64,000 nucleotides of DNA from an uncultured Bacteroidota bacterium (GCA_963700635.1 CAVOYH010000003.1:1696001-1760000); one strand, 5' to 3'. Positions 39,986 to 51,386 are shown, numbered from the stretch's first letter. A program made the numbers and translations. Notes: generated from the sequence alone by a model not told the origin.

Positions 39986-42900
39986 ATGATCCCCGGAATG
40001 TCCGATCGATGGCAGCGCCTTGTCCGGCACCGCAGATGGCGCGACGCAGTGGTGATCGGGAGTTGTTGTGCGCTCCTGGGGATCGCCCACGTCGCCGAAT
40101 GGTTCACGATTCGCCATTTCGAGAACCAGGGCGAGGCTGAGCGAGACAGAAAGACGTCGGAGTACCTTGATGCGGCGGTCCGGGAGTTCGGGCAGATGCA
40201 GCGCACCGCCCGGAGGATCGGCGTGGAAGTCGGCCAGCATCCTGATGTGCTCAGATACCTTTCCGGGGAAACCACCGAACGACTCTCCCTCTTTGAAGCG
40301 GCAGCGCATGCGGTATCCGTCTCCTCCGTCGGTATCGAAATCTATGACGCAGCGGGAGATCTGGTCGCCTGGGCCGGATCCGGCGGGTCGGGAGGACGAC
40401 GCGAGGTCCTGATTGCGCTCGACGGACAGATGATCTCCCTTGTGTCCCACTCCGCCGTTTCGTCTCAGCTGTTTGTTGCTGTTCCCCTGCGTCATGCAGC
40501 GCGGATTCTCGGGGTTGTTGTGGTGCGCCAGACAATCGAGGTGGCATCACCTCTGCGGAACAGGTTTCTCGGTCAGGGGGGAATCACAGAGCGGGTTTCG
40601 GAAGCGCTGGGGGTCAGAGTTCGGTACTGGTACGGGCCTGAATCTCCCCCGCTTCAGGATTCAGTCTGGGTGAAAGCTCCCTTGTTCGGCATTGACAGCA
40701 GTCGGGTCGGGACCGTAGGCGTGCGACACTTGGCCCCGACTGCACTCGTGGGGCGAGTCTCGGCGCTCTTCGATCGGGTCATTGCAGCACTCGAGTGCCT
40801 TCTGCTGGTCGCTCTCGCTTTCCCGATCGGCCGGGTACTCTTCCTCCGCCCTCCCGTTGTGATTCGCATGATGATGCTCACTGGTCTGCTCTGGGGCGTG
40901 CGGTATCTCCTGGTGTTCCTCGACGCTCCGGCGAGGGCAATCGGCACGGAGATTTTTCAGCCTCTTATCTATGCATCCACCTTCGGCGCAGGACTTGCGC
41001 GGTCGGCCGGGGACCTGACGCTGACCGTTGGGACCCTGTGTGCCAACGTCTTTCTGATATTCAGGTTGCTGAAGGGGTACCTCGTCACGCCGCCTCCGGG
41101 CCGCCATCCGGGGGTCTCTCGCATCATACCGGCTGCGATTCTGACGGTTGTGCTCTTCTTTCTCCTCCGGGGATACGGAGCGACGGTCCGAAGCGTGCTT
41201 TTCGATAGCGCGCTCACCATTGGCGATCCCGCAATCCTGCTGCCTTCTCTGCCCATGGCCCTCCTCCTGCTCAACGGGATAGCGCTTGCGTGGTGCCTTG
41301 GTGCGGTTTCCCTTGCCACCTCAGGATTCCTGGCGCGGTTCCTGGGAAAAAACGGTCTCGTTCTTGTGGCCCTCCTCGTTGCGGTGGTGGCAGTCTGTAT
41401 GGGATATATTCAGTCGGAACCGCTCACGACCCTCCTCCACCGGCTGGTGTTTGGAGGCGCGGTTCTGGGAGTTCTCTGGATACTCTCTACGGGTCGTGGA
41501 CTCCCTTCCGGCAAACCGGCGGTTGCGCACTTTTTTGGGGTGACGGCGCTCTCGGCCGTGATTCTGCTGCCGCTTCTGGACCAGCAAACCGGGGAACGTG
41601 ACCGGGGGAAGATCGAGACGTTTGCCGCTGAAGTCCTCCGGCCCGTCGACGGATGGTTGAAGTTTATTGTGGAAGAGGCCCTGTATCAGATGGTGTCACC
41701 ACCGTCGGCGGAGGAGGACCCGGGACATGGCGCGTCGGGCTATGCCTTGCAGGCGTGGGCTCGGAGCGCGGCTTGCAGGGAGGGATACTCTTCGGTCTTT
41801 GAGCTCCTCGACGCCGACGGTAACGACGTCAGTCGCTTTGCAATCGGAGGGCAGGCCGGCGTTGCGCAACAGGTGGCATATTCCATCCCCCTGGACACTG
41901 TCGGCGTGATCCGGATGAAGAGCATTGGAGACGGGGTGAGTGCGGTGCGTGTGTATGGCGGGACTGTGCCGGTGTGGGACAGCGGGGGACGGTACGCCGG
42001 GCATGTCCGCGTAACGGTTGCGGCAGGGGAGCAGCAGCTTTTCCGGGGAGACAATCCGGCGGTCTTGCGCGGCACCTCACGGGAAACGCTGGAATCATTT
42101 TACCGTCCTGTGACGATTGCTGAATACCGTGACGGGTTGATTCTGCGATCGACGAACCCGGAATTCCCGTTCACGCGCGTTCTTCCCGTGTCGATTCGTG
42201 AAGAGTTGAAGACTCTCCGTCCGCCGATGGCGTGGATTGACGAGACGATCGGCGGAACGGGATACGAGACATTCTACGCGTTGCGCGGGTCGCACGGAAG
42301 TGATATCATCGGTTTGAGTCTGGAACGGCGATCGCTGTTACTGCGTCTTGTTGCGATGGCAAAGGTGGGAGCGGTATACGCGGTTCTGTTACTGGGGCTG
42401 CTCGCCCTCGTTGCTGCCCGGGGCTATCTTCGCGGGCAGCGGTACCGACCGGGTTTCCGCGACCGCCTGCTGGCGGCGATGGTGTTGACCGCATTGCTCC
42501 CCCTGGTGGTGCTCCTGATCTACAGTCAGAATGACGTGCGCGAACGTTTGCTTGAGACCATGTCACTCCGTCTCGATGACCAGACCGCGGCGATCGGGCA
42601 AGATATTGCCGGCATCGGCGAGCACGCCGACGCTTCATCGGAGCTCGAGCTCCGGGCAGATCGGGTGGAACTGATCGCCTCCAATGCCGGAACGGATTTC
42701 AATCTGTACGTCGACAATATGCTGCGAATCAGCAGCAGGCCGGAACTGTACGCAGCCGGCCTCCTCGACGCTCGTATCAGCGGAGAAGCGTATGCCCATG
42801 TGGTGCTCGGAGGCAAACGGTTCCACGTCGAAACGGAGAATATCGGGCTGTTCCGCTACGCGGTTGGGTACCGGCCGGTGCTGGACGCCGCGGGGGGCAT

Positions 42901-43897
42901 CATCGGCATCGTGTCGGTACCAACCCTGTTCAGGCAGGATGAACTTGAACGGAAGCTGATCGAACGCAATGCCGTTCTTTTCGGCATTTATGCTGTCGTC
43001 CTGTTGACCATTGTGATCGTGCTCCCGGTTCTTGCGCACCGGTTTGCCAGGCCGGTTCTTGAACTGACGGCCCTGGTGCGCGATGTCGGCCGCGGCAACC
43101 TCAATGTCAGCAGCCGGCTTCCCCGTGCAGAAGGGGAGATCGGTGAGCTTGTCAGGACATTCAATGACATGACGGAGGAGCTGCAGCGCAGCCGCGATGA
43201 TCTCGTGAAGGTCGAGCGTGAACTCGCCTGGAAAGAAATGGCGCGGCAGGTCGCGCACGAAATCAAGAATCCGCTGACGCCCATCCGACTGTCCATCCAG
43301 CATCTGCGGAGGGCATACCTCGACAACGCACCGGCGTTCGGGCAACTTCTGGACCAGGTGAGCAGAACGGTCATCGAACAGATCGACACGCTCAGCCGGA
43401 TTGCGTCGGAATTCTCGAACTTCGCGAGGATGCCGCGCAGGCGATTGGAACCGGTGGCCGTGCTCGACATCGTCCATGAGGCGGTCGGGCTCTTCATGCA
43501 GGACACCGCGGTGTCCTTCGCCGTCAGCGCTCCTGAAGCGTTGCCCGTGCTGGAGGCGGACCGGGAAGAGCTCCGCAGGGCTTTCATCAATATTCTGAGA
43601 AACGGCGTTCAGGCGATGAACGGCCATGGGACCATGACGGTGACCCTGAGCCGGGCGGAGGCCGGAGTGCAGATCCTGTTCAGGGATACGGGGCCGGGGA
43701 TTCCGGATGAGGTAAAGACCAAGCTCTTTCAGCCGAATTTTTCAACAAAAACTGATGGGATGGGGCTAGGCCTTGCCATCGTCAAGAAGACGGTCACAGA
43801 CCTTGGTGGGGAAGTGTGGATTGAGAGCGAGGTCGGTGCCGGTACGACCGTCGGCCTTGTGCTCCCGGCTGGCGGCCAGGATGAGGGGAGCCGATGA
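39986..43897 (+). CDS. large multi-TM sensor histidine kinase (NtrY-like)
   Basis: HAMP, WKEMARQVAHEIKNPLTP, N box, DTGPGI, FSTK..GMGLGL. Confidence 0.93.
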   Translation: MIPGMSDRWQRLVRHRRWRDAVVIGSCCALLGIAHVAEWFTIRHFENQGEAERDRKTSEYLDAAVREFGQMQRTARRIGVEVGQHPDVLRYLSGETTERLSLFEAAAHAVSVSSVGIEIYDAAGDLVAWAGSGGSGGRREVLIALDGQMISLVSHSAVSSQLFVAVPLRHAARILGVVVVRQTIEVASPLRNRFLGQGGITERVSEALGVRVRYWYGPESPPLQDSVWVKAPLFGIDSSRVGTVGVRHLAPTALVGRVSALFDRVIAALECLLLVALAFPIGRVLFLRPPVVIRMMMLTGLLWGVRYLLVFLDAPARAIGTEIFQPLIYASTFGAGLARSAGDLTLTVGTLCANVFLIFRLLKGYLVTPPPGRHPGVSRIIPAAILTVVLFFLLRGYGATVRSVLFDSALTIGDPAILLPSLPMALLLLNGIALAWCLGAVSLATSGFLARFLGKNGLVLVALLVAVVAVCMGYIQSEPLTTLLHRLVFGGAVLGVLWILSTGRGLPSGKPAVAHFFGVTALSAVILLPLLDQQTGERDRGKIETFAAEVLRPVDGWLKFIVEEALYQMVSPPSAEEDPGHGASGYALQAWARSAACREGYSSVFELLDADGNDVSRFAIGGQAGVAQQVAYSIPLDTVGVIRMKSIGDGVSAVRVYGGTVPVWDSGGRYAGHVRVTVAAGEQQLFRGDNPAVLRGTSRETLESFYRPVTIAEYRDGLILRSTNPEFPFTRVLPVSIREELKTLRPPMAWIDETIGGTGYETFYALRGSHGSDIIGLSLERRSLLLRLVAMAKVGAVYAVLLLGLLALVAARGYLRGQRYRPGFRDRLLAAMVLTALLPLVVLLIYSQNDVRERLLETMSLRLDDQTAAIGQDIAGIGEHADASSELELRADRVELIASNAGTDFNLYVDNMLRISSRPELYAAGLLDARISGEAYAHVVLGGKRFHVETENIGLFRYAVGYRPVLDAAGGIIGIVSVPTLFRQDELERKLIERNAVLFGIYAVVLLTIVIVLPVLAHRFARPVLELTALVRDVGRGNLNVSSRLPRAEGEIGELVRTFNDMTEELQRSRDDLVKVERELAWKEMARQVAHEIKNPLTPIRLSIQHLRRAYLDNAPAFGQLLDQVSRTVIEQIDTLSRIASEFSNFARMPRRRLEPVAVLDIVHEAVGLFMQDTAVSFAVSAPEALPVLEADREELRRAFINILRNGVQAMNGHGTMTVTLSRAEAGVQILFRDTGPGIPDEVKTKLFQPNFSTKTDGMGLGLAIVKKTVTDLGGEVWIESEVGAGTTVGLVLPAGGQDEGSR

Positions 43898-44640
43898 TCA
43901 TCCATCCCCCCCTGTTTCTCCCTCACCGACGTATACTGTGTGGGATGAGCACGAGGCTCGGCGGACAAACCGCGGGGCCGCTCGGCATGAACCTTTCCTT
44001 CGCCGTTGGCGACGATGAGGAAGCGGTGAAACAGAACCGGGAGACATTTTTCGGTGCGCTGGGGATACACCAGGACGATGTGGTCTTTATGCAGCAGGTC
44101 CATGGAACACGTGTGCTCTCCGTGGCCGCTCCCGCCGGGGGGGAACGTGCCGACGGAAGTGTCACGTCGGTCGAAGGGGTGTATCTGAGCGTCACGGTGG
44201 CTGATTGTGTTCCTCTTTTTCTTGCGGATCCGGATGCACCGGCAGTGGGAGTGCTTCATGCGGGATGGAAGGGAACTGTCGGAGGGATTGTCCGCGAAGG
44301 AGTGCGGACCATGATGACCGTGTCGGGTGCGCGAGTTGATCGCCTCCTCGTTGCCATTGGCTCATCCGCAGCCCGCTGCTGCTATGAGGTTGGACCGGAG
44401 GTAGCAGACGTGCTTCCTCCGTCGTGCGTGACGCGGGATGGCAGCCGGCTGCTGGCCGACCTGAAGGAGGCGAACAGACTGCAGCTGGTTGATGCGGGCG
44501 TTCCCGAACGAAACATCACCGTTGACCCCGCATGCACGATTTGCGCTCCCGGGATCTTTCATTCCTACCGCCGCGACGGCGTGCGTTCGGGCCGCATGAT
44601 GGGCGTCATCGGCATCCGGCCCCTGTCCGTCCACGGTTGA
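43894..44640 (+). CDS. pgeF: PgeF/YfiH (laccase-domain, nucleoside phosphorylase) protein
   Basis: QVHG, ADCVP, HAGWKG, CT.C, SYRR. Confidence 0.92.
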   Translation: MIIHPPLFLPHRRILCGMSTRLGGQTAGPLGMNLSFAVGDDEEAVKQNRETFFGALGIHQDDVVFMQQVHGTRVLSVAAPAGGERADGSVTSVEGVYLSVTVADCVPLFLADPDAPAVGVLHAGWKGTVGGIVREGVRTMMTVSGARVDRLLVAIGSSAARCCYEVGPEVADVLPPSCVTRDGSRLLADLKEANRLQLVDAGVPERNITVDPACTICAPGIFHSYRRDGVRSGRMMGVIGIRPLSVHG

Positions 44641-44698
44641 TTTCCGACGCTGATTTCCCTATGTTATGGCTTCATCAAGACGAACGGAGGGGTGTACC

Positions 44699-46535
44699 GT
44701 GTGCGGAATCGTAGGGTATATAGGCCAGAACAACTGTGTCCCCGTGATCCTGGAGGGGCTGCGGCGGCTTCGATACCGGGGGTACGACTCTGCCGGCATG
44801 GCCGTACTTCACGGGGGCGAGCTTGTCGTGCGGAAGACTGCGGCAAGGTCGCGGATCTCGCGCGGCTGATCGGGAACGACGACGGCTCCATGTCCAGCAC
44901 TGTTGGCGTCGGTCACACGCGGTGGGCAACGCACGGCGAGCCGAATGACGTCAATGCGCATCCTCACTGGGACCACAAGCGGCAGATCGCGCTGGTGCAC
45001 AACGGCATTATCAGAACTATCTCGCCATCAAAACCAAGCTCCTGCGGGACGGCCACACATTTCTCGGCGATACCGACACGGAAGTTCTTGCGCATCTTGT
45101 CGGTGTGATGTTTGACTCCTGCGGCGATCTGACAAAGGCGGTCCGGCTTGCCCTGGCGGAGGTGGATGGGACGTACGGGATCGTCGTTGTGTCGCCCCGT
45201 GTTCCCGGACAGATTGTCGCCGCGCGGAAGGGGAGCCCGCTTCTTGTCGGTGTCGGGGACAACGAGAACTTCGTTGCCTCGGATGCGTCGGCCATTGTTG
45301 CCCACACCCGTCAGGTGTTGTATCTTGATGACGGAGAGGTTGCCGAGATCACCGGAGTCGGTGTTCGGACGATGACGATTGATGACGTGGCGGTCGAGAA
45401 GCCCGTGCATCAAGTGACCCTTGAGCTGTCGCAGATCGAACGGGGAGGGTTCGATCACTTCATGCTGAAAGAGATCAGCGAGCAGCCGGAGACCATACGC
45501 AACGCCATGCGCGGGCGGTTGCTGGTGGACGAGGGGGACGTGAAGCTGGGGGGGCTGGAAAATATCCTCGGGCGGTTGCTCAGTGCGCGACGGATTGTGC
45601 TGACGGCATGCGGCACGTCGTGGCACGCGGCGCTCGTGGGAGAGTACATGCTCGAACAGATCGCACGTGTGCCGACTGAAGTGGAGTACGCATCGGAGTT
45701 CCGGTACAGGGATCCGATTATCAATATTGATGACGTGGTGTTTTTGATCAGTCAGAGCGGGGAGACAGCCGACACGCTCTCGGCGATGCGCGAAGCAAAA
45801 GAGAAGGGGGCCACGGTCCTCGGCATCGTGAATGTTGTCGGGAGCACGATTGCCCGCGAATCGGATGGGGGCGTCTACGTCCATGCGGGTCCGGAGATCG
45901 GCGTGGCCTCCACCAAAGCGTTCACCTCGCAGCTCACGGTTCTTGCGCTCATCACGATTCTCATCGCGCGAGCGCGAGGGATGGCGCGCGAACGGGGGCA
46001 GGTGCTTGCGCGGGAACTGGCAAGCCTGCCGGAGAAGGTGGAGCATATTCTGGCCCATACGGAGGCGATCAGGGCGATAGCGGAGGAGTTCAAGAATGTC
46101 CGCAATGTGCTCTATCTCGGACGCGGGGCGAATTTTCCCGTGGCCCTTGAAGGCGCATTGAAGTTGAAAGAGATCTCCTATGTCCATGCCGAGGGGTACC
46201 CGGCGGCGGAGATGAAGCACGGTCCAATTGCGTTGATCGACGAAAACATGCCCGTGGTGTTTGTCGTGCCGCGGGACGGAATCTACGAAAAGGTGATCAG
46301 CAATATCCAGGAGGTCAAGGCCCGCAAGGGGAGGATCATCGCGGTCGCGAATGATGATGACACCGAGATTGCGAAGATGGCCGAGTTTGTCATCAGGGTT
46401 CCCAGGACGTATGGGTTTTTCGGCCCCATCCTGAACATCATCCCGCTGCAGCTTCTTGCATACTATATTGCAGTCGGGCGTGGCACAAACGTTGACCAAC
46501 CTCGGAACCTGGCCAAAAGCGTGACCGTCGAATAG
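44699..46535 (+). CDS. glmS: glutamine-fructose-6-phosphate transaminase, with two frameshifts
   Basis: (M)CGIVG and RGYDSAG in one frame, [14 protein letters not shown] in a second, SIS domains to [11 protein letters not shown] in a third; shifts near 44840 and 45013. Confidence 0.93.
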
Positions 46536-46554
46536 CCCCCATCAAGGAGAACGC

Positions 46555-47388
46555 ATGAAACAGGACCAACGCTTCAAGCCGCATGACTGGGCTCTCGTGC
46601 TCGGGGCCTCGAGCGGGTTCGGCGGCGCAGCCGCCGTGGAATTTGCCCGACACGGGATGAATGTGCTGGGCGTGCACCTGGACCGTCAGGCGACGATGCC
46701 TGCGGTTCAGCAAATCATCAAGGAGATCAAACATCTCGGGCGCGAGGCCGTGTTCTATAATATGAACGCAGCTGATGCCATCAAACGTGTCGAGACGCTT
46801 GACGACATCCAGGAGCGGTTTGCCGGGAATTCGCACAGCACGATCAAGGTGCTTCTGCACTCGCTGGCATTCGGCACGCTGAAGCCCTTCATTGCGAAAA
46901 AGATGGACGATGCCGTCACCCAGGCACAGATGGAAATGACACTGGACGTCATGGCGCACAGCCTCGTCTACTGGGTACAGGGACTTCTGTTGCGCGACCT
47001 GATGAAGAAGGGGGGGCGTGTGTTTGCGCTCACCAGCTCCGGAGGCCATACGGTGTTGCCGAGCTACGGTGCGGTCTCGGCGGCGAAATCCGCTCTCGAG
47101 TCGCACGTTCGACAGCTGGCCATGGAGCTGGGCCCGCTGGGCATTACGGCGAATGCGTTGATGGCGGGCGTGACCGATACGCCGGCCCTCAAGAAGATCC
47201 CCGGTTCAACACGCATGCTGGAAGTCGCACGCGCAAAGAACCCGGGCGGCCGTCTCACCCTGCCCGAAGATGTCGCGCGCGCAATGGTGCTCCTCTGTGA
47301 TGAGGGCGCCGGCTGGGTGTCAGGGAATGTTATTGGCGTTGATGGCGGTGAAGATATTGTCAGTTTCGTCGGACAGAAAGGTCTATAG
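46555..47388 (+). CDS. SDR, enoyl-ACP reductase FabL-like
   Basis: GASSGFG, YGAVSAAK (Y-x6-K), DTPAL. Confidence 0.8.
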   Translation: MKQDQRFKPHDWALVLGASSGFGGAAAVEFARHGMNVLGVHLDRQATMPAVQQIIKEIKHLGREAVFYNMNAADAIKRVETLDDIQERFAGNSHSTIKVLLHSLAFGTLKPFIAKKMDDAVTQAQMEMTLDVMAHSLVYWVQGLLLRDLMKKGGRVFALTSSGGHTVLPSYGAVSAAKSALESHVRQLAMELGPLGITANALMAGVTDTPALKKIPGSTRMLEVARAKNPGGRLTLPEDVARAMVLLCDEGAGWVSGNVIGVDGGEDIVSFVGQKGL

Positions 47389-47391
47389 CGT

Positions 47392-48537
47392 ATGCCATTG
47401 TTTCAGTTCACCGAAGAGCAGATCATGCTCCGCGACATGGTGCGGGAATTTGTGAATGCGGAGATTAAACCCATAGCGCAGAAAATCGACGAGGAGGAGA
47501 AGATCCCCCGGGAGCTCATTGACAAGATGCGCGACCTCGGGCTGATGGGGGCGGCGTTCCCGCCGGAATACGGCGGTGGTGGATTCGGTGAGATGGGGTA
47601 CTGCCTGATGCAGGAGGAGATCGCACGCGGCTGCATGTCCACCGCGACGTTCATGGGAGCCCATCAATCAATCGGCGCCAATGCCATTTACCTGGGCGGC
47701 AACGAAGATCTCAAGAAAAAGTATCTGGTCCCTCTCGCTGAGGGGAAGATGATCGGTGCATTCGCGCTGACGGAAGTGCTGGCCGGTTCAGACTCCTTCA
47801 ATCTCCGCACCCGTGCGCATCAGGAGGGCGATGAGTGGGTGATCAACGGGGAAAAAATGTGGATCACCAACGGGGCCCTGGCCGATGTGGTATCGTTGTT
47901 CGCACGGACCGAACGGGGGATCACAGGGTTCGTCGTGGAGACCAAGACGCCGGGGTATCATGCCGGACCGTCGGAAAAGAAGATGGGGATTCGCGGGAGC
48001 GCGACAAATGCCATCACGCTGGACAATGTCCGCGTGCCGGCGTCGAACATGATCGGTGCCGACGGGCGGGGGTTCCTGGTTGCGATGAAAACCCTGGATG
48101 CAGGGCGGCTGGGTCTGGGCGCGGCCTGCACAGGTGCCGCGAAAGAACTGCTGGAGAATTCGACGCGGTTTGCGAAGGAGCGGAAGCAGTTCGATGTCCC
48201 GATCGCACAGTTCGAGGCGATTCAATTCATGCTGGCAGATATGGCGGTGATCATCTATGCGATGGAATCCATAGTCTACCGGACCGCAATGGCGTACGAC
48301 GAGGGAAAACCGATCTCCCGGGAGTCCGCGACCGTGAAACTCTACTGTTCCGAAGGGCTTGATCGTGTTGCCGATATGGCCGTGCAGATCCATGGCGGGA
48401 TGGGATATTCCCGGGAACTTCCCATCGAGCGCTACTACCGGGATTCCCGTATCAACAGGATCTTTGAAGGGACCAATGAGATCCAGAAGGTCGTGATTTC
48501 GAGGGAAGTCCTGAAGCGCAACGGCCGCCTCACCTGA
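47392..48537 (+). CDS. acyl-CoA dehydrogenase
   Basis: FALTE..AGSD, NGEKMWITNG, QIHGGMGY, IFEGTNEIQ. Confidence 0.96.
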   Translation: MPLFQFTEEQIMLRDMVREFVNAEIKPIAQKIDEEEKIPRELIDKMRDLGLMGAAFPPEYGGGGFGEMGYCLMQEEIARGCMSTATFMGAHQSIGANAIYLGGNEDLKKKYLVPLAEGKMIGAFALTEVLAGSDSFNLRTRAHQEGDEWVINGEKMWITNGALADVVSLFARTERGITGFVVETKTPGYHAGPSEKKMGIRGSATNAITLDNVRVPASNMIGADGRGFLVAMKTLDAGRLGLGAACTGAAKELLENSTRFAKERKQFDVPIAQFEAIQFMLADMAVIIYAMESIVYRTAMAYDEGKPISRESATVKLYCSEGLDRVADMAVQIHGGMGYSRELPIERYYRDSRINRIFEGTNEIQKVVISREVLKRNGRLT

Positions 48538-48562
48538 GACCTGCCTCATTTTCACACCAATG

Positions 48563-48598
48563 AAGCCCTCCGGCATCCACATCGGAGGGCTTTTGTTT
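48563..48598 (+). terminator. intrinsic terminator
   Basis: AAGCCCTCCG-N10-CGGAGGGCTT plus TTGTTT. Confidence 0.85.
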
Positions 48599-48599
48599 C

Positions 48600-48628
48600 T
48601 TGACCTTCTCGACGAATTGGGCTACAAT
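48600..48628 (+). promoter_or_regulatory. sigma70-type promoter of hexuronate operon
   Basis: TTGACC-N17-TACAAT. Confidence 0.65.
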
Positions 48629-48650
48629 GAAAATATTTGAAGGCCCACCC

Positions 48651-49934
48651 ATGCAGCAACCTGCAGAAGCTTCTTCATCCCATCCGCGCATCGGCAACTT
48701 CCGCTGGACCGTCTGCGCGCTTTTGTTCTTTGCGACCACGATCAACTACATCGACCGTCAGGTGCTGGGGATTCTGGCGCCGACCCTCCAGAGGGAAATC
48801 GGCTGGAGCGAGCTTGAGTACGGCTATATCGTCACGGCATTCCAGGCGGCATACGCTCTCGGGCTGTTGTTTGTGGGACGGCTGATGGATCTTGTCGGCA
48901 CGAAGCTCGGCTATTCCATTTCCATGGTTGTCTGGAGTATCGCGGCGATGGCCCATGCCCTCGCCCGTTCCGCCCTGGGCTTTGGCATCGCGCGTTTCGC
49001 CCTCGGCCTGGGTGAGTCGGGGAACTTCCCGGGCGCCATCAAGACCGTGGCGGAGTGGTTTCCAAAGAAGGAGCGTGCTTTTGCCACCGGGATTTTCAAT
49101 GCTGGGTCCAACGTCGGCGCAATTGCCGCACCGCTCATTGTCCCCTGGATCACGATCACATATGGATGGTATGAGGCGTTCATCATTACCGGTTCAATCG
49201 GCTTTGTCTGGCTCATCTTCTGGATTCTCCTGTACGAGGTCCCGCAGAAACACAAACGGCTTACGAAAACGGAATACGACCATATCCACAGCGATCCTCC
49301 CGAATCGCTCGCGAAAGTTCCGTGGATGAAGCTCATGACCTACCGGCAAACCTGGGCATTTATGATCGGCAAATTCCTCACCGATCCGGTCTGGTGGTTC
49401 TACCTGTACTGGGTCCCGAAATTCCTGAACAAGGAGTACGGGCTCACGCTCGACACGATCGGTCCGCCATTGATCGTGATCTATCTCGTTGCCGACGTCG
49501 GCAGCGTCGGGGGTGGATGGCTTTCCTCCGCGCTGATCAAACGCGGTTGGACCGTCAACCGCGGACGGAAGACAGCTATGCTGATTTGCGCAGTTAGTGT
49601 CCTTCCCATCATGTATGCATCACAGGCGGATTCGCTCTGGCTTGCCGTTGGTTTGCTCGGTCTCGCCACCGCAGCTCACCAGGGATGGTCGGCGAATCTC
49701 TTCACGATCACGTCTGACATGTTCCCGCGCAGGGCGATCGGTTCTGTCGTGGGTCTTGGCGGGATGGCCGGGTCGATCGGAGGGATGCTTATCGCCACCG
49801 CCACAGGTCTGATTCTCGAACTTACCGGGAGTTACATGGTGCTCTTCGTTCTGGCGGGGCTGCTGTACCTGACCGCCCTCCTGGTGATTCAGTTGCTTGT
49901 CCCGAAGCTGGATACCCTGGCCCTGGAATCCTAA
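48651..49934 (+). CDS. exuT: MFS hexuronate transporter
   Basis: NYIDRQ, AEWFP.KERA.ATGIFN.G, DPVWWFY; upstream of uxaC. Confidence 0.9.
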   Translation: MQQPAEASSSHPRIGNFRWTVCALLFFATTINYIDRQVLGILAPTLQREIGWSELEYGYIVTAFQAAYALGLLFVGRLMDLVGTKLGYSISMVVWSIAAMAHALARSALGFGIARFALGLGESGNFPGAIKTVAEWFPKKERAFATGIFNAGSNVGAIAAPLIVPWITITYGWYEAFIITGSIGFVWLIFWILLYEVPQKHKRLTKTEYDHIHSDPPESLAKVPWMKLMTYRQTWAFMIGKFLTDPVWWFYLYWVPKFLNKEYGLTLDTIGPPLIVIYLVADVGSVGGGWLSSALIKRGWTVNRGRKTAMLICAVSVLPIMYASQADSLWLAVGLLGLATAAHQGWSANLFTITSDMFPRRAIGSVVGLGGMAGSIGGMLIATATGLILELTGSYMVLFVLAGLLYLTALLVIQLLVPKLDTLALES

Positions 49935-49958
49935 GCGATCACCTGACGGAGAACAGCC

Positions 49959-51368
49959 GTGTTCATTCATGAGCATTTCCTCCTGGAGAATCGCCGTGCG
50001 ATCGAGCTGTTTGAGAGATACGCGCGTGATCTCCCGATCATCGACTATCACTCACACCTGCCCCCCGCGGAAATCGCTTCGTCCCGGAAGTTCGAAAACA
50101 TGACGCAGATCTGGCTTACCGGTGATCACTACAAATGGCGTGCGATGAGGGCCAATGGTGTTGATGAGCGTTTGTGCACGGGGGATGCTTCGGATTGGGA
50201 AAAGTTTGCCGCGTGGGCTGCAACTGTTCCCCGAACCCTGCGCAATCCCCTGTATCACTGGACACATATGGAGCTCAAGACGCCTTTCGGCATCACCGAC
50301 GTTCTGCTCAACCCTGATACGGCGCAGCAGGTGTGGGATCGGTGCGGGGCGCTGCTCGGGGAGGATGATTTTTCCACGCAGGGAATCATCCGTCGAATGA
50401 GAGTCAAAGTCGTCTGCACGACTGACGACCCGACGGACACGCTGGAGCATCACCGGCGGTTGGCCGGGCAAACCGGCGCGGGGTTCGTCATGGTCCCGGC
50501 ATTTCGCCCTGACAAAGCGCTTGCCATCGACCAGGGGACCGTCTTTTCTGCCTGGATCCAGCGGCTTGCCATTGCAGCCGATATGGCAATTGTCACGTAT
50601 GCCGACCTGATCGACGCGCTGCACAAACGGCATGCGTTCTTCCATGATGCAGGGTGCCGTCTCTCCGACCACGGGCTCGAAACCATCGTTGCCGACCAGT
50701 ACACGGAAGCCGAAATCTCCTCGATTTTCCGACGCGGGTTGACCGGTGTATCCCTGACGCCCGACGATGTCCGGAAATACAAGTCGGCCCTCCTGTACGA
50801 GTTCGCCCTCATGGACCATGCACGCGGATGGGTTCAGCAGTACCATCTCGGCGCCCTGCGCAATACCAACCCCAGGATGTTTCGCCTCCTCGGACCGGAT
50901 ACGGGCTATGATACCATCGGAGACTTCGAGATGGCCCGTCCGCTGGCCCTGTTGCTGGGACGGTTGGATGAAGCCGGGTCGCTTTCCAAGACGATCCTGT
51001 ACAACCTCAATCCGCGCGACAACGAACTGCTTGCCACGATGATTGGCAACTACCAGGATGGGTCTGTCCCGGGCAAACTGCAGTTCGGGAGTGCATGGTG
51101 GTTTCTGGACCAGAAGGAGGGGATTGTGCGGCAGCTGAATGCCCTTTCACACCTCGGGCTGCTCAGCCGTTTTGTCGGTATGTTGACCGACAGCCGGAGT
51201 TTTTTGTCGTTTCCGCGTCACGACTACTTCCGACGGGTATTATGCACACTGCTCGGTGATGAGATGGAACGCGGGTTGATTCCGGATGACGTGTCGCTGG
51301 TGGGCCCCATGGTCTCCGATATATGCTACAACAATGCAAAGAGCTATTTCGATTTTCCCGAACCATGA
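49959..51368 (+). CDS. uxaC: uronate isomerase
   Basis: DYHSHL, GDHYKWRAMR, WWFLD, GMLTDSRSFLS. Confidence 0.97.
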   Translation: MFIHEHFLLENRRAIELFERYARDLPIIDYHSHLPPAEIASSRKFENMTQIWLTGDHYKWRAMRANGVDERLCTGDASDWEKFAAWAATVPRTLRNPLYHWTHMELKTPFGITDVLLNPDTAQQVWDRCGALLGEDDFSTQGIIRRMRVKVVCTTDDPTDTLEHHRRLAGQTGAGFVMVPAFRPDKALAIDQGTVFSAWIQRLAIAADMAIVTYADLIDALHKRHAFFHDAGCRLSDHGLETIVADQYTEAEISSIFRRGLTGVSLTPDDVRKYKSALLYEFALMDHARGWVQQYHLGALRNTNPRMFRLLGPDTGYDTIGDFEMARPLALLLGRLDEAGSLSKTILYNLNPRDNELLATMIGNYQDGSVPGKLQFGSAWWFLDQKEGIVRQLNALSHLGLLSRFVGMLTDSRSFLSFPRHDYFRRVLCTLLGDEMERGLIPDDVSLVGPMVSDICYNNAKSYFDFPEP

Positions 51369-51386
51369 AAACGAACGAAAGACCAT

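Noticed and set aside
44640-45020. Programmed frameshifting or a glmS ribozyme controlling glmS
   Set aside because: No slippery heptamer at either shift. The leader is only ~58 nt, with no ribozyme core.
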